Source: Raillietiella orientalis (taxonomy: Eukaryota). Taken from it: a DNA stretch of 64,000 bases. Of this stretch, positions 11,433 through 24,900 are shown piece by piece. A program made the translations under genes and the position numbers. Every line of letters starts with the position of its first letter. Position 1 is the stretch's first letter. The stretch is taken from positions 1-64,000 of the forward strand of contig JAYWIR010000123.1 of the NCBI GenBank assembly GCA_036172245.1, read 5' to 3'. The notes below the pieces were generated by a model. It saw nothing but the letters and a program-made list of their open reading frames with translations. It was not told where the DNA came from and ran no database searches.

Positions 11433-14170
11433 CGCCGAATCCCCGGGGCAGACGTTGCACTGGGAACTGTTCGCAGAACTCCTGGAACGAGTCCTTAAAT
11501 AGGTCCCAATCCGCGAGACTCTGGAGGGTGACGCCTCGCAGGAATTCGCGAAAATGTTCTTTCGCTCCTGACAGGCGCGTTTAGTCCCCTGGCATACGCC
11601 AATCCCTGGATGGCGGTCCCTTGTCGCGCGGGCGCATCTCGAATAATAACCGGGAATGGTCCGACAGCGTCGATCCAAGTTCCTTTCGTTTTCCGACCCG
11701 TGTGCTCAGGTCTTCGTCGAGGAAGACGTGGTCCACGCTGTTGACCATCCCGCTTATTTCTGTCAACAAGTTGCGCGCGCGCATGGCGGCGCACAACTCG
11801 TTGATCGCGTTCCCCTGTGCTCCGGGCTGATCTGAGAGCAGACGGACGTTGAAATCCCCTGCTATCAGATGCGCCTTTCGCACGTCCGCGTCCACCAGCC
11901 ATTCGCGCTTCAAGGTTTCCAGTAACGCGTTGCGCTGCTGGTATCCTTGTTTACCGCTAGGAGCGAACACATTGGTGACGATGAGGTCGATCGAATCGGA
12001 CCATCTGAGAATCAGTTGGCCGATCCGTCCGTCGTCCCCAAAGCGCACGCCCTTGACGGCCGCGTTAATGGCTGGCTTTAGGAAGAACGCGACCCCACAA
12101 GTGTTGCGGGCGCCGCATCGCCAGTACAACCGCCGTTCCGCGATCGTTTCGATCTCCTGGGCGTCTTTTGCGGTGATCACGTGGATCTCTTGCAAAAGCA
12201 CCAGGTCGAAATCTCGCAAGGTGGCGGCTGTATCTCGTCTGTTTCCGTCGTCGCGCAGCCCGTTAACATTCCAACTGGCCGCGCGGATCCGACGGCGACA
12301 GGCGAGCCCAGGTGTTATTCCTGGGAACCTGGCGGTGGTGCTCCCGCCACCTTTTGGGGCGGGTCTCTGGACGGGGTTGGCGTCTTGCTCACCAACTGCC
12401 CATCCTTCTTACGTGCCGACGTCTCCGGCTGCCCGTGCGAAGGGGGTGTTGTTCGTACCTGTTGGCCCACGTCCATTGGTGCGGGTGGTTCAGGTTCGGC
12501 GGTTTCAGAGGGCATTGCTGACCCCTAGTTACCCTCCTGCATTGGAGTCGCCTTCTCGTCGGCTTCCGCACGTGGGTGATGCCCGACATGGGCTCCTACG
12601 CTCTCATCCACTGTTTCCTTCTCCATTGGATCCCCCTCGCGCGGAGGCGGAATGCACCTTCGGGGTTTCTGGGATTTTTGCCCCGCTTTCCTTGATGGTG
12701 CTTCCGCAGAGGAGGATGCACTTCCGGCCTCCCGGTCCGACTCACATGCGGGGGCCATTTTAGCCGCTGCCGGCCTACGCAACCCCTTTCGCGAAGGGTT
12801 TTCGCGTTCGGCAAGCGTTGCCGCGAGCTCCTCCGCGGCCTTCTCCAAGGCTGCGTCCTCGGTTTCGGGGATTTTTTCGTCCGGCTGACCCTCTTGGCAA
12901 GCAGGGGGCGGGTTTTCGCGCGCATTCGTCGCGGCGGGAAAATCGATCGAAGCCGTATCGCCTGCGGTGGTGTCAACGGGAACGTCAATGCGCTCCAGCG
13001 TAACCGTGCATTCTCGGAGAGTTTTTACGCGCAACACGGATTTAGCTTTTGTTCCGGCCGCCGCCTTCTCTCCTTTCTTCGGGACATGCTTGTCCTTTTT
13101 CCCATTTTTGGCTTTCACTAGCAGCCAGCCCTGTTCTCCCTCTGCGTTCTCGGGAAGATTTTTCTCCGATGCCGCTCTGGGAGCTTGGGTTATTGGCAGC
13201 TGTTCTGGGCCAGTTTCACGGTACTCCAATTTTTCTTTCCCCGCGCGTTTCCCTTGCGCCTTCTTGGCGGCCGAGGGAATCGGGGTGGGGCGTTTAGGGC
13301 ACAAGCGACGGACGTGTCCCTTCTCCCCGCACAAGTAGCATACGATGTTTGGGCACCTCTTTCGGATGTGTTTGACCGCATCGCAGTAGCCGCAATACCG
13401 GGGCTTGCCCGCATACCAGAGGTCTACCGGTTCTCCCGCGACCTCAAGTTTGTGGGGTAGCTTCGCTTCGTCTTTTGGGGTTACACGTGCTGCGGCGAGG
13501 CCCCCGAAGTGGCGTCTGTAGCCCTCAAAGAATGTGGGCTTCGGCCAAAGCGCGTCTACGTCCCCGTACTTGCTTAATTCGTCCTTCACTGCAGTGCGCG
13601 TCATGCGCTTGGATATTCCTGTCAAGTGGACCACAACCGAGTGCTCCATTGACACCGGGAAGGTCTTTCGGCCGTCCATGATCAGCGGGGTATTTATAAG
13701 GCGATCGGCTAGGCTGATGCTTTTGCACACCAGCTCAACCCGCTGCGCCCCGCTGAGCACGCACAGACCTTCCAGATCTTCCTCACGGACATTAGCATTT
13801 TTAAGCGCTCTGCTGAAAGAGCGCGCCGTGTTTCCTCCAAACAAAGGGCCTACCTTGTATACAAGCGATGGCTTGTATTCAGAGGCCCGATAGGAGGCTT
13901 CCTCGGCCATGGCCTCCGCACTGGGGGCGGCGACCATTTCACTCCAAGTCTTCGCCGGCTGCGAAGACGTTCCAGGAACTATTGCCCCAATAGCTGTAGG
14001 TCTTGTGGGAGGACTAGCCTCCCCCACAACTACATCCATCGCGGTGTCCTCTGGCACAACTGCCATCAGACACCGACGACCCACACTTTACACCTGACTA
14101 CACTAAAAGAACTCCGGGTGCTTCCCAGACAAGCGCTGGCGGAGTGACCAAAAAACACGTCCACCCACAT
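11433..14170 (-). mobile_element. Copy A 5' part: 5' UTR, ORF1 and endonuclease up to the GFG site
   Basis: Long ORF1, then EN ORF 11581-12219 (LLQEIH, NVFAP, LIAGDFN, SDH), ending QRLPRGFG at the B junction. Confidence 0.93.
12315..14066 (-). pseudogene. Copy A ORF1, nearly intact (open 14066-12525, tail in another frame)
   Basis: Starts MAVVPEDTAMDV and contains YCGYCDAVKHIRKRCPNIVCYLCGEKGHVRRLC. The tail ORF 12315-12515 ends GSQE*, like B ORF1. Confidence 0.9.
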
Positions 14171-17160
14171 CGGCTTTCGGCGAATTGCTGAGGAACTACC
14201 GGGCATACCACCACGCCCGTCTTTACTCTAAGACTCCCGACGTTCCACGCCTGGCGGAGTATAAAGCTGGGGCTGAGCGACAGACCTGGCAATCCGGATC
14301 GGCCATCTTGCTGGACGCCCAAGGCCAAGAATGCTCAGCTCCGGCGAGAATAAACCGCATCCTTCGGGACTATTACTCCTCCTTGTACGCGCGTAGAACA
14401 ACAGAGCGCGCTGTGGCGCAGCGCTTGCTGCCGCAAGGCGCCCTTGCGCTGCAGGAGGAGCAGGCACATCAACTCGAGGAGCCTTTCTCGATGGCGGAGA
14501 TCGTCTCCGCCATCGGAAAGCTCCGAAAGAGGAAAGCACAGGGGAAGACGGTCTGCCCGCGGAGTTCTACCAAGGCTTCGTGGCGGAGCTAGCCCCCCTG
14601 GTGCATCGGCTATGCATGCTGATCCGAGAACAAGGGGACGTCCCCAAATCGTTCCGGTCAGCTAGAGTACGTCTCCTGCCGGAAGGAGGAGACAATCGCA
14701 ACGTAGGCAACTGGCGTCCCATCACAGTAGTGAATGCGGATGCGAAGTTGCTTGCCAAGCTTTCAGCTGAGCGACTGGGACGGGTGGCGGAATCCGTGGT
14801 GAGTCCGGAGCAGACATACGCTGTTCCCGGACGAAGCATGGAGGCCAACCTGTTCCTTGCCAGTACATGGTGGCAGTTGCAACAAAGCGAAGAGCAGGTA
14901 GGTCGAGAGAATCCTGGATTCTCCTCTGACCAGGGAGGGGACGCCCTTCATGGGAGAGCCGCGCCCGGTGCTCTTGCGGTCGCAGTCGATCTGCGTAAAG
15001 CGTTCGATTGCGTCGACCAGGAACTGCTTCTAGAGCTCCTGGAACGCTTGGGATTCCCGGCCGTCTTCCGGGATTACCTGCGCTCCTGCTGGCTCTTCGC
15101 TCTTATAAACATCTCTTTCAGCGGCCGGCACGTGTACGGCGTGCCGATTCGGCGTGGCATAAGGTAGGGTGACAGTCTGATCCCCTTGCTCTTTAGCATC
15201 TACTTCGAGCTGTTGCTGAGGGCATACAGGGAGACTCTGGCAACCCTGTCAAGCTCGTGTCCCGGCACGCCTGCCGTGTCGTCCTACGCCGACGACCTTC
15301 TGCTCCTGCTCCCCGGGTCCACCCCGGCGTCGGCGCTCGAAGATTTCTTTGAGTTGCTGCGCCGCGGGACGGGCCTCGAGCTGAACAGATAGAAATCCAC
15401 AATCGCTCCTACATCACCACTACTTTCAAACAATACGGCGTGGGCCGGACGGCCGGACTGGATCCGCTTGAGGATCCCCACGGGCAGGTGCTTCAAGTAC
15501 CTTGGCGTTCCGTTGGGGGACTTCTGCGTTGCAGAAGCCTGGTCCGACCGTCTCCAAAATGTGGAGTTGGCGATCGGCCCGTTCCGGAACGGCAAGTTTT
15601 ACTTGCAGGAGCGGGCCGCGGTGTGGAACGCGTTCGCGGCCATCCTCCTTCGTCCCTAACTTTTTGTTTGCCCCGCCCCTCTCATCATACAGAGACAAAC
15701 CAAAGCCCTCTTGAGGACTGCCCTTTAGGGCACAGCGAGTTCGCGAGTCCGATTGAAAGACTTGTGCGCTCCACGCAGGGATGGTGGCTTGGGCCTCCTT
15801 ACGTTGGAGCGCATCCAACTTCAAACAACAATTCGAAAGTTAGCCCTTGCTGCTAGCTTATGGATGACGCCATTGTGCGATCAGGCACGGCTCCTTGCCA
15901 GAAGAGCAACCGGCTGCGAAGGATTGTCCTCGATCCTCGTGGCGTACCAGCGCAGCCTCTCCAACTGTGGTCCCGATTTGCGCCAGATGGTCGCCCTGAT
16001 GAGGGAGAATACCTGGATCTCCTGCAACCCCGCGAATTGCACTGCTTGGCTTCAGGAGTCAGCTCCCGCGTGGGCTAAGATCAACGGAACGAGCGAGGCG
16101 GAATACAACTGCCTACGACGAGGACCGTACGCTCGACAGCCCCTGCAGGATATTATCAAGACGCATCGGAAGTTTCTGTGGGCTTCTTACAGCCCCCTTG
16201 CCCCCGTTCTGTCCTCCCTAAAAAACAGTAGGAGCAGCAACGAGCTGGCATCGTGGGAAGTGTCCTGCCTCATCCGAGGCAGGTAAAAACCTTTAAAGGC
16301 GTGGACGACTCGGGAGCTCACGGACGCTGCCACCCCGAGCGTCCCGCCTCACGGACTTGCGCGCTGGGGAGAGCTGCTCGCAATACCTCCGGAGGAGGTG
16401 AAGTGGCCTTTAGCGTGGTGGGATTGCGGCACACTTCTGTCGAAGTGGCAGGAGACGGCGTTGCTATTTCTGCACTGGGGACTGTTGAGCAGAGCACGCC
16501 TGTCTCACTGGACACTGGGAAATGTGGATGCCCGCTGTGTCGAGTGCTGAGAAAGAGACACCTTCTTGCATCTCACCCTCGAGTGTGTCGCCCTGGATGG
16601 ACTCTGGAGTCGAATCGCCTCAATCCTCCATCTTCCAGTAGGCGACCCTAAGGAAATTTACCGTCGCCTCTTTCTGCGTGACGGCCTGCGCCCCGCTGCG
16701 TCTCTAGCAGTCCTCTGCTGCGTGCGCGGCATTGTGCAAAGGTGGCACGCCAGAAGAAGAGGCCCAAGATGCAAAGACGCCATCCACTGGACAACGATCT
16801 CTTTAGAGACGGCGACAAGGTGGCGTCTACCTTTCACGGTAAAAACTGAACTTGACTGCATCCTCAACAGGATGCGGAGGACCGCCTAAGGCGCCCAGTG
16901 ATCCCTTCCCTGCCCCCCCCTTCTCCCCATATAACTGAATCCCTCCACGTTATCTCTCTTTTTGTTTGTTTTTGTTCTAGTTTTCCCTTCCCATGCGCCT
17001 GGGGAATGGACCTAACCGGTCTATGCACCGGCAACCGACACGGCAAGCAAGGTGGGAGGACACAGTGTTTCCCCACAGAAAAAATCTTTTTAAAGACTTT
17101 ATTATCTAATTTTTGTAAAAAATTAGTATAATAAATGCCCCGGCATGTCCGGGTGACAAA
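14171..17160 (+). mobile_element. Copy Z 3' part: linker, RT, C-terminus and 3' end
   Basis: Resumes at FGELLRNYRAY. Motifs NWRPITVVNADAKL, DLRKAFDCVD, YADDL, KYLGVPLG, HLTLEC. Ends AATAAATGCCCCGGCATGTCCGGGTGACAAA. Imperfect TSD CAGGTTTCGGCG (1091-1102) / CGGCTTTCGGCG (14171-14182). Confidence 0.88.
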
Positions 17161-18960
17161 CGTCGGCCGCGCCCGAGCACTCCAGGCCCAGTTCGTCGAA
17201 CAGACAAGCCGCTCCCGACTACCAGACCGGGCGCTCGACCTTGGCCTTGTACTCCGCAAGGTACCGGACGTCCGGGCATCAAGAGAATTGGCAAGCCTGC
17301 AGAAACTCTTTGCTGTTGGCCACGCCTTCCCCGAATCCACGGAGAAGCAGGCGCAAGGGGGAATAGCTGCGGAACTCGCGGACCGATCTTTTCAGATCGT
17401 CCCAGTTTACGAGCTTTGGAACGGCGAATGTGCGGAGATGCTGGCGGAGGTGCTCCGCAGCAATTGGATTTCTCAACCAGTCTGCCGGCAACCTCCAGAC
17501 GTGCGTCGGAGGGCCCTTGCCAGGTGGGAGTAGCTCAAACTCCAGCCTGTAGTTGTCGAAAAGCTCGGCCGTCACGGAACCTTTTCGACCCACCCGACAA
17601 TGCAGGTGATCGTCGACGAACACATGGTCCGGCAAAGCACGCATCCCGGAATCGTCGGCTAGCAAATTCTAGACGTGCACGGACGCGCACACCTCGTTCA
17701 CCAGCCGTTTCTCCCGGCGACGGTGAGACTCCTCCGATAGCGCCTGGACGTTGAAGTCCCCGGCTACGAGGTGAGCCACGTCAGGGCCGGAGTTCCTCAG
17801 CCAGCGGTCGCGCAGTCTCTCGAAAAACTCCAGTTTCTCTATGTGACGCGCGGAGCTGCTCGTCGCGTACACGTCCGTGAGGACAAGGTTGATCGATTCG
17901 GACCACTTGGGAACAAGTTTGCCCACACGACCTTCCTCGTCGAAACAAACGCTCCGCACTGCTCCCTCTACCCTGCCCCGGACAAAGAATGCGACTCCGT
18001 AGTTTTTCTAGGAGCCTGACCTCCAATGGAGCGTTCCAACTGCGCGAACTTGCAGATCGGCCGCTTGCTGCTCGGAGATTGCGTGAATCTCCTGCAGCAG
18101 GGCCAAATCAAAGTCGCGCAAGACGTTGGCAACCAATCGCCTCTTCTCGTTGTCTTGCAGCCCGTTGACGTTCCAACAGGCCACTCGGACACGAGGATAA
18201 GAAGCGAGACCGCGCATTGCTGCTACGGACATGAAGGTGCGTTCCACGCCCCGTCAGGCGAGGTATCAGCCGGGAGCACGGCGGATGAGGTAGCGCAAGC
18301 GCTTCCTGTCCCCGCCGCGCCGCTCGCGGCTGGCTCGATGGAGTCGAAGACCATTGCCTCGGGCTCCGAGGAGCATCGGGAACCGTTTCCGGAATCGGGC
18401 TCTTGCCTGGCAAGTTTAGGCTTGCGCGCAGCCCTGGCCTTGACCGGGGCTTGGCGAGCCTTAGCGCTGCCCTCGGACTCCACCTCGGAGTCCGAATTGT
18501 GCCCGCGCGGCGGGAGTTTGTCCCGCCTCTTTTTTTGCTGGGAGCCCGGAGCTGGTCCAGCACTCTAAGAGGGTGCCTTTGTCGCCGATCCCCCTTTCGG
18601 GGTCACGGCTTCGGCGGCTCCCCTCTCGCCGCGGGTGTTTGCGGCTGTGCGCGCGGCGGCAGCAGAGGCATTTTCTTGCGCCTTCCTTGGCGCGCGGGGC
18701 TGCCTCTTCTCCCCGCCTACCTTTTTAATCGGGAAGTAAGAAGGATCGCGCGGTTTGCGCTTTTTCTTTTTTCCCTTAACAAAGGTCCAGGCATCCTCGC
18801 CGCCTTCTGGTTTGCCTCGGTTGGGCGCGAGGGATTCCAGGGTCCTTCGCATCCTTTCCAAGGCCTCCGATACGGCGGTGGAGTTCTAGGAGTGAAGCAT
18901 CCTGGTGCTTCACTCCTGCAACTGTACCTTCATTGTCGCTGTACTGACGATGCATTGCCC
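17161..18960 (-). mobile_element. LINE copy Y fragment: ORF1 tail, endonuclease and linker
   Basis: Motifs VACWNVNGL, LLQEIH, HLVAGDFN, DHVFVD, RGFGEG. Confidence 0.88.
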
Positions 18961-18974
18961 GCAACACCTGGGGG

Positions 18975-21960
18975 GTCGTGTTTTTAGTAAAGCTGGCTAT
19001 CGATGCTGTCGTGAAGGGCGTGCGCTTCGACGACGACGGTCGGGTCGGTCAGCTGATTGTCAGCTGTTTCGATTCTATCGACCTGATCGTCACGAATGTG
19101 TACGCCCCGAGCCAAAAAAGTGGGATAGAGCGACCGTACTAGGCTGCTGTAAACACTTTATCGCGAATGGCTGGCCGATACGAACGTGCAGAATGCACAC
19201 CTGATAGCTGGGAACTTTAATCTCCGTCTGCTGTCAAGGGCGCCCGAAGCACAAGAACGCACGGCCAACATGTTATGCGCTGCCATGTGCACGCGCGACC
19301 TGTTGGACCACGCTGAGGGAATGGACCGCATTATACACCATGTCTTCCTGGATGCCGACCTATGCCCACGAGTCCGCAAACGGGGAAGAGTGGCGTCAAC
19401 GCTGTCGGACCATTCCCGGTTAATCGCAAAGGTATGCCCGCGCGACAAAGAGCCCCCGTTGAGGGACTGGCAACTTCCTGAGGACTGGACGCGGCTCTCA
19501 GGTGCGAAGGAACACCTTCGTTAATTCCTAAGAGGTGTCACCCTCCGGGATCTCGCTGACTGGGACCTGTTTAAAGAATCGGTCCGCGAGTTCTGCGAGG
19601 AGTTCCCTTTGGACCGCCTGCCCGCCGGATTTGTGGAACGGGCTCGCAATCATACGGCCTATTTAGAGGTTCGGCGGTGCGAGAACCTTCAAAAGTCCGT
19701 CGCCTAGCAGAATACCTAGCCAGGGGCGAGCGCCAAGCCTGGAAATCCGGGTCGGCAAGTTTGCTGGACGACCAGGGCCGGAACGCTCGGCCCCACCCAC
19801 GATCAGGCGACCCGTGCGACGGTTCTACTCCTCCTTGTACGCCAGCACACTCCCAGAGCAGGATGCCTCGCGGCTCCTGCTTACGGACGGAGCTCCGGCA
19901 ATAGGGGAGGAAGAGACGATTAGCCTCGACGAGCCTTTTACCACCGGTGAAATTCGCGCCGGTATTAAAAGGCTCAAGAGGCGGAAAGCACCAGGGGTGG
20001 ACACCCTGCCCGCGGAGTTTTTCCAATGCTTCGCAAAAGAGTTGGCACCCCTGGTGCTTCAGTTGACCAGGCTGATCCGAGACGAAAGTGACGTTCCCGC
20101 CTCGTTTCTTTCAGCCAGAGTGAGGCTCCTCCCTAAGGGAGAAGACCTGAGAACATTGAACAATATGCGTCCGGTCACAGTTGTGAACACGGATGCCAAG
20201 CTGATTGCTCGACTGTGGGCTTCGCGTCTAGGACAGGTGGCAGACTCCATAATTAGCCCGGAGCAGACATACGCTGTTGCCGGGCGAGGTATGGATGCCA
20301 ACCTCTTCTTCGCGAGCACATGGTTGCATATGCAAAAATGTCACCATGAAACAGCAACAAGGATTGACAACTCCACTTTTAAGCCGCCAGCTGGCCTGGG
20401 AACGGACACCTAAGCAGGAAAGGGGGCCCTAGCGATCGCAGTCGATATTTACAAGGCGTTCGACTGCGTCGACCAGGAGCTACTGTTGGAGCTTTTCGGT
20501 CGCTTGGGCTTCCCACCCTCTCTTGTCTCCTACCTGCGCTCTTGCTGGCGGAATGCGCTAATCAACGTCTCCTTTAGCGGACAAACAACGCACGGCGTGC
20601 CGGTGCAGCGAGGCATACCGCAGGGCGATAGCCTCAGTCCCCTGCTCTTCAGCACCTACTTCGAGTTGGTGCTAAGAGCGTACAGGGTGACTTTCGCTGC
20701 CTTGCCTAGCTCGTGCCCCGCTACGCTCGCAGTAGCTGCGTACGCCGACCAACTTCTGCTGATGTTGCCCATTTCTGCCCCGGCAGGCGCAGTCGAGGAT
20801 TTCTCCAATCTGCTAAGCAGTGGGAATAAAATAGCAGGTTAACAAGGCGAGGTCGTCGGTGGTACCGGTGGGTGCGATGTGGGATGGACGGCCTGAATGG
20901 ATCCGCTTGATGATCCCCACGGCCAGGAACCTAAAGTACCTGGGTGTCTTGTTGGGGGACTTCTGCCTCGCAGGAGCCTGGTCAGTTCGTCTCCGAAAGG
21001 TAGAGTTGGCAATCGGCCCGTTCCTGGAAGGCAAGTTCCTTCTGCCGGAAGGGGCCGCGGTGTGGAACGCGTTCGCGGCTTCCATCTTCCGCCCCTTGCT
21101 TTTTGCTTGTCATATCCCCCCCAGTTGAAGAAGAGTACTAAAGGCCTTCTCTGCATCGCCCTCTGGGGCAGCGGGAAGCCTCGTGCGCCTCTTAAGGACA
21201 TATGCGCTCCGCGTCGGGACGGAGGTCTTAGCCTCCGGACGTTGGAGCGCATGGACATACAGCTGCCACGGCGTACCCTAGCAATCGCAGCAAAGACGTG
21301 GAACACACCCTGGTTCGTCTCGGTCCGCAACCTAGCCAGCCGTGTATCGGGGACGCAAGGAATCGCGTCTTTCCTTCTGTGCCCCGGTCGGAAGGTCAGG
21401 AGATGCGGTCTTCTCCTTGGGCGCATGAAATCCCTGATGAGAGATAACGGCTGGACGGTATGCAGCCCCGCCAACTCCTCCGCTTGGCTGGAGGAATTTG
21501 TTGAGACGTGGGTCAAGCTCAAACTCAAGACTGGACGGGAATGGAACCGCCTGCGACTCGGCCCCAACGCCTTTTGCACCCTACGGACCACTCTGGAGTG
21601 TCCCGCCAGGAGCACGTGGACAGAAACCACCCCTTTGGCTGCGACGCTGCCCTTTCTACAAAGGGCTCTAACCAGCGTTCGGACGCCCAAGTGGCACGTC
21701 TCTTGCCGGATCGCAGGCAGGGAAAAGAAAATGAGCGGTTAAACCATGGGTGAACTGGCAGATGCCACGACCCCGAGTGCCCTCCCGCGTGGACTTGTTA
21801 GATAAGGCGAGCTGCTCGGCAACCCGATGAATGATCTGAAGTGGCCCCCAGTATTAATCGGATCAAGGCTTCTCGCGCTGAAGTGGCAAGAGTCGGCACT
21901 GCTGCTGTTGCACTGGGGTTTACCCTGCAACGCGCGCCGCTTCCACTGGGCCCGAGGAAG
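18975..21960 (+). mobile_element. LINE copy C, 5'-truncated ORF2 (EN-RT to HWARGS), interrupted by D
   Basis: Motifs HLIAGNFN, SDH, KAPGVDTLPAEFF, RGIPQGDSLSPLLF, YADQL, KYLGV, HWGLPCNARRFHWARGS. Confidence 0.9.
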
Positions 21961-24900
21961 TTTTCACCCGGTCACGCCTGGGCAATTATTGCTAAACACC
22001 TTGTTTTCGCGATAGAGGCCCCGCTACGGCCAATAGTTCTTTGGACCTGCCGGGAAGCCGGCTCGCAGGCCGGCTTGTCCTCCTCGGCAGTGGAGGGGAT
22101 AGGGGGTAAAACAAAAAGAAAAATAAATGAAATAACCGAAAAGAAACTATTTCGAGTGCCAAAAAGGGATCACAGCCCGCTGGAGGAAGAGACCATCCTT
22201 TCGAGGATGCCCTTGAGGTCTCTCTTCATTGTTCTTAGATGGGACTAGCCGATCGCAATTCGCAGGTATCGACCACCGTGTAACATGGGATCCCTGTCGC
22301 TGCTTCCTCTGTTGGCTGCGCTCCACGCGGCCACAATCCCTCGGAGGCAGCAGAGCGCTGCCAGGGCTGAGGCTGGTGTCAGGGCGTGTCGCACGAAGAG
22401 GAGTCTCATAACGTCTCTGGAGGTGCTGCCTACCGGCATTGAAAGGTTCGTAACAAAATTTTCCCACAAAGGCCGGAGGGCAGCGCAGTCCAATAACAGA
22501 TGGGGGAGGGAAACCTTCTCCACGTACACAGCACAATTCTGTTCGACATTCCCCCACGTCCAGTGGTGGCGGCGCGCGTAGCAGGGAAGACCCCAGTGCA
22601 ACAACAACAGCGCCGTTTCCTGCCAATTGAGGGGGAGGGTGGATGAATCAATGAACGACGGGGGATACTCTAGGTCATCCGTGGGGATGCCGAGCAGCTC
22701 TCCCCATCTCCGTAGTCCATGCGGGTAAACTCTTGGGGTCGCGGCGTCAGCCAGTTCCCTCATGGTCCACCAAGTCAGATCCTTCCCTTTGCCCGCTATC
22801 CGGCAGGAGACTTGCCATCTCGGCATCCGGTTGTTTTGAAGCGCCCTTCGTAGGAAGAGCAGCGCCGTGGCCAGTGGGGTCGTCTCCGCCCAAGTGCTTC
22901 TGGCGGGATACACGATCATGTTCCGCAGCATGCAGCGGGTGTAGATGCCGGTGCGCAGGCGGTTGCAGGATTCTTCAGTGATGTGTTTCAACTTTGCCCA
23001 CGTTCCAACTGTTTCTTCCAGCCATGCGCTGGAGTTAGCGGGGCTGCAGGCCATCCACCCATTCTCCTTTGCCAGGGTGGCCATGCGTCCCAGGAGAAGT
23101 CCGCATCTTCTTTTTTTTCGGCCGGGGCACAGAAGAAAAGACGCGAGTCCTTCAGTCCCGGACACACGTCTGGCAAGAAGGCGGGCCGGTACGCACCACG
23201 GTATCTTCCACATTTTTGCTGCGATGGCTAGAGTACGCCACCTCAGCTGTGTTTGCATTCGCTCCATCGTCAGTATGCTGAGACCTCCGTCCCGACGTAG
23301 AGCGCAAAGGTCATTTAGAGGCACAAGAGGCCACCCGCCGCCCCACAGGGCGATACGTAGGAGGTCCTTCGTTCTTTTTCTTAATTCACGGGATACATGG
23401 CAAAGAAAAAGCAGGAGGCAAAGGAGGGAGGCCGCGAACGCGTTCCACACTGCTTCCCGTTCCGGCAAGTGAAGCTTGCCTTCCAGGAACGGGCCGATCG
23501 CTGACTCCACTTTTTGGAGACGACCTGACCAGGCTTCTGACTGACAGAAGTCCCCGAACGGAACGCCGAGGTACTTTAAGTACCTCGCCGTGGGGATCCT
23601 CAAGCGGATCCAGTCAGACCGTCCGACCCACGTCGCACCAACAACTACCACCGATAACTTCGCCTTATTTACCCGTAGTCCAGTCCCGCGGCTTAGGAGA
23701 GCGAAGAAATCCTCGACTGCGGCTGCCGGGGCGGACATGGGCAAAAGGAGCAGAAGATCATCGGCGTAAGCCGCTACGGCTGGCGTACCTGGACACGAGC
23801 TTGGCAGGGCAGCCAATGCCACCCTTTATGCTCTCAGCACCAGTTGGAAATAGGTGCTGAAGAGCAGGGGACTCAGGCTGTCGCCATGCCGCATGCCGCG
23901 CCTTACCGGCACGCCGAACACGTGCTGTCCTCTGAAAAACAAGTTGATGATGGCATTGTGCCAGCAGGCGCTCAGGTAGAGCGCTAAGGTGTCCGGGAAG
24001 CCCATGCGATCCAGGAGCTCCAGAAGGAGTTCCTGGTCCACGCAATCGAACGCTTTGTGCAGATCGACTGCGATCGCTAGAGCCCCTTCCCTTTCCGGTC
24101 GTCCCTTACTTGCTGCGCTGGCGCTCTCAAATCAGGTTTGTCGACATTCCGTTCTTTTTCTAAATTTTTCTAGCGTTGCACATGGAACCATGTGCTGGCG
24201 AAGAAGAGGTTCGCTTCCATGCTTCGTCCGGGAACAGCGTACGTCTTTTCCGGGCTGACGAAGCTGTCAGCTACCTGCCCCAGTCGCGCAACCCACAGTC
24301 CAGCCAGCAGCTTGGCGTCCGTGTTCAGAATCGTGATCGGACGCCAGTTGCATAATTTTCTGAGGTCTCCTCCCTTAGGAACGAGCCTCACCCTGGCTGA
24401 CCGAAACGAGGCGGGAACATCGGCTTCGTTTCGCATCAACCGTGTCAATTGGAGCACCAGGGGGGTCAGCTATGCCACGAAGCTCTGGAAGAACTCCGCC
24501 GGCAGGCCGTCCTCCCCTGGCGCCTTACTCCTCTCGAGCCTTTTAATAGCGGTGATGATTTCACCGGTCGTAAAAGGCTCGTGGAGGCTTTCGTTTTCCT
24601 CCCCTCCTATGGTTGGGGCTCCATCTGGCAGCAAGCGCCGCGAGACGTTTCACTCCGCAGGTACCCTGGCGTAAAGGGAGGAGTGAGATCCACGTACGAG
24701 GCGACGTTTCGATGCCGGGTCCGAGTTTTCCTGGTCCACGTCGTCCAGCACGCTAGGCCGCCCGGATTGCCAGGGTTGACGCTCGGCCCCGGCTATGTAC
24801 TCGGCCAAGCGACCGATGTCAGGGTTCCTCGCGAAACGACAGGCGTGCAAATATGCTCTTTCGTTGCGGGCCCCCTCACCAAATCCCCGGGGCAGGCGGT

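Noticed and set aside
11433..17160. Twin-priming 5' inversion of a single element (inverted ORF1-EN joined to forward RT)
   Set aside because: The TSD pairs 5799/11433 and 1091/14171 explain the layout better as nested insertions.
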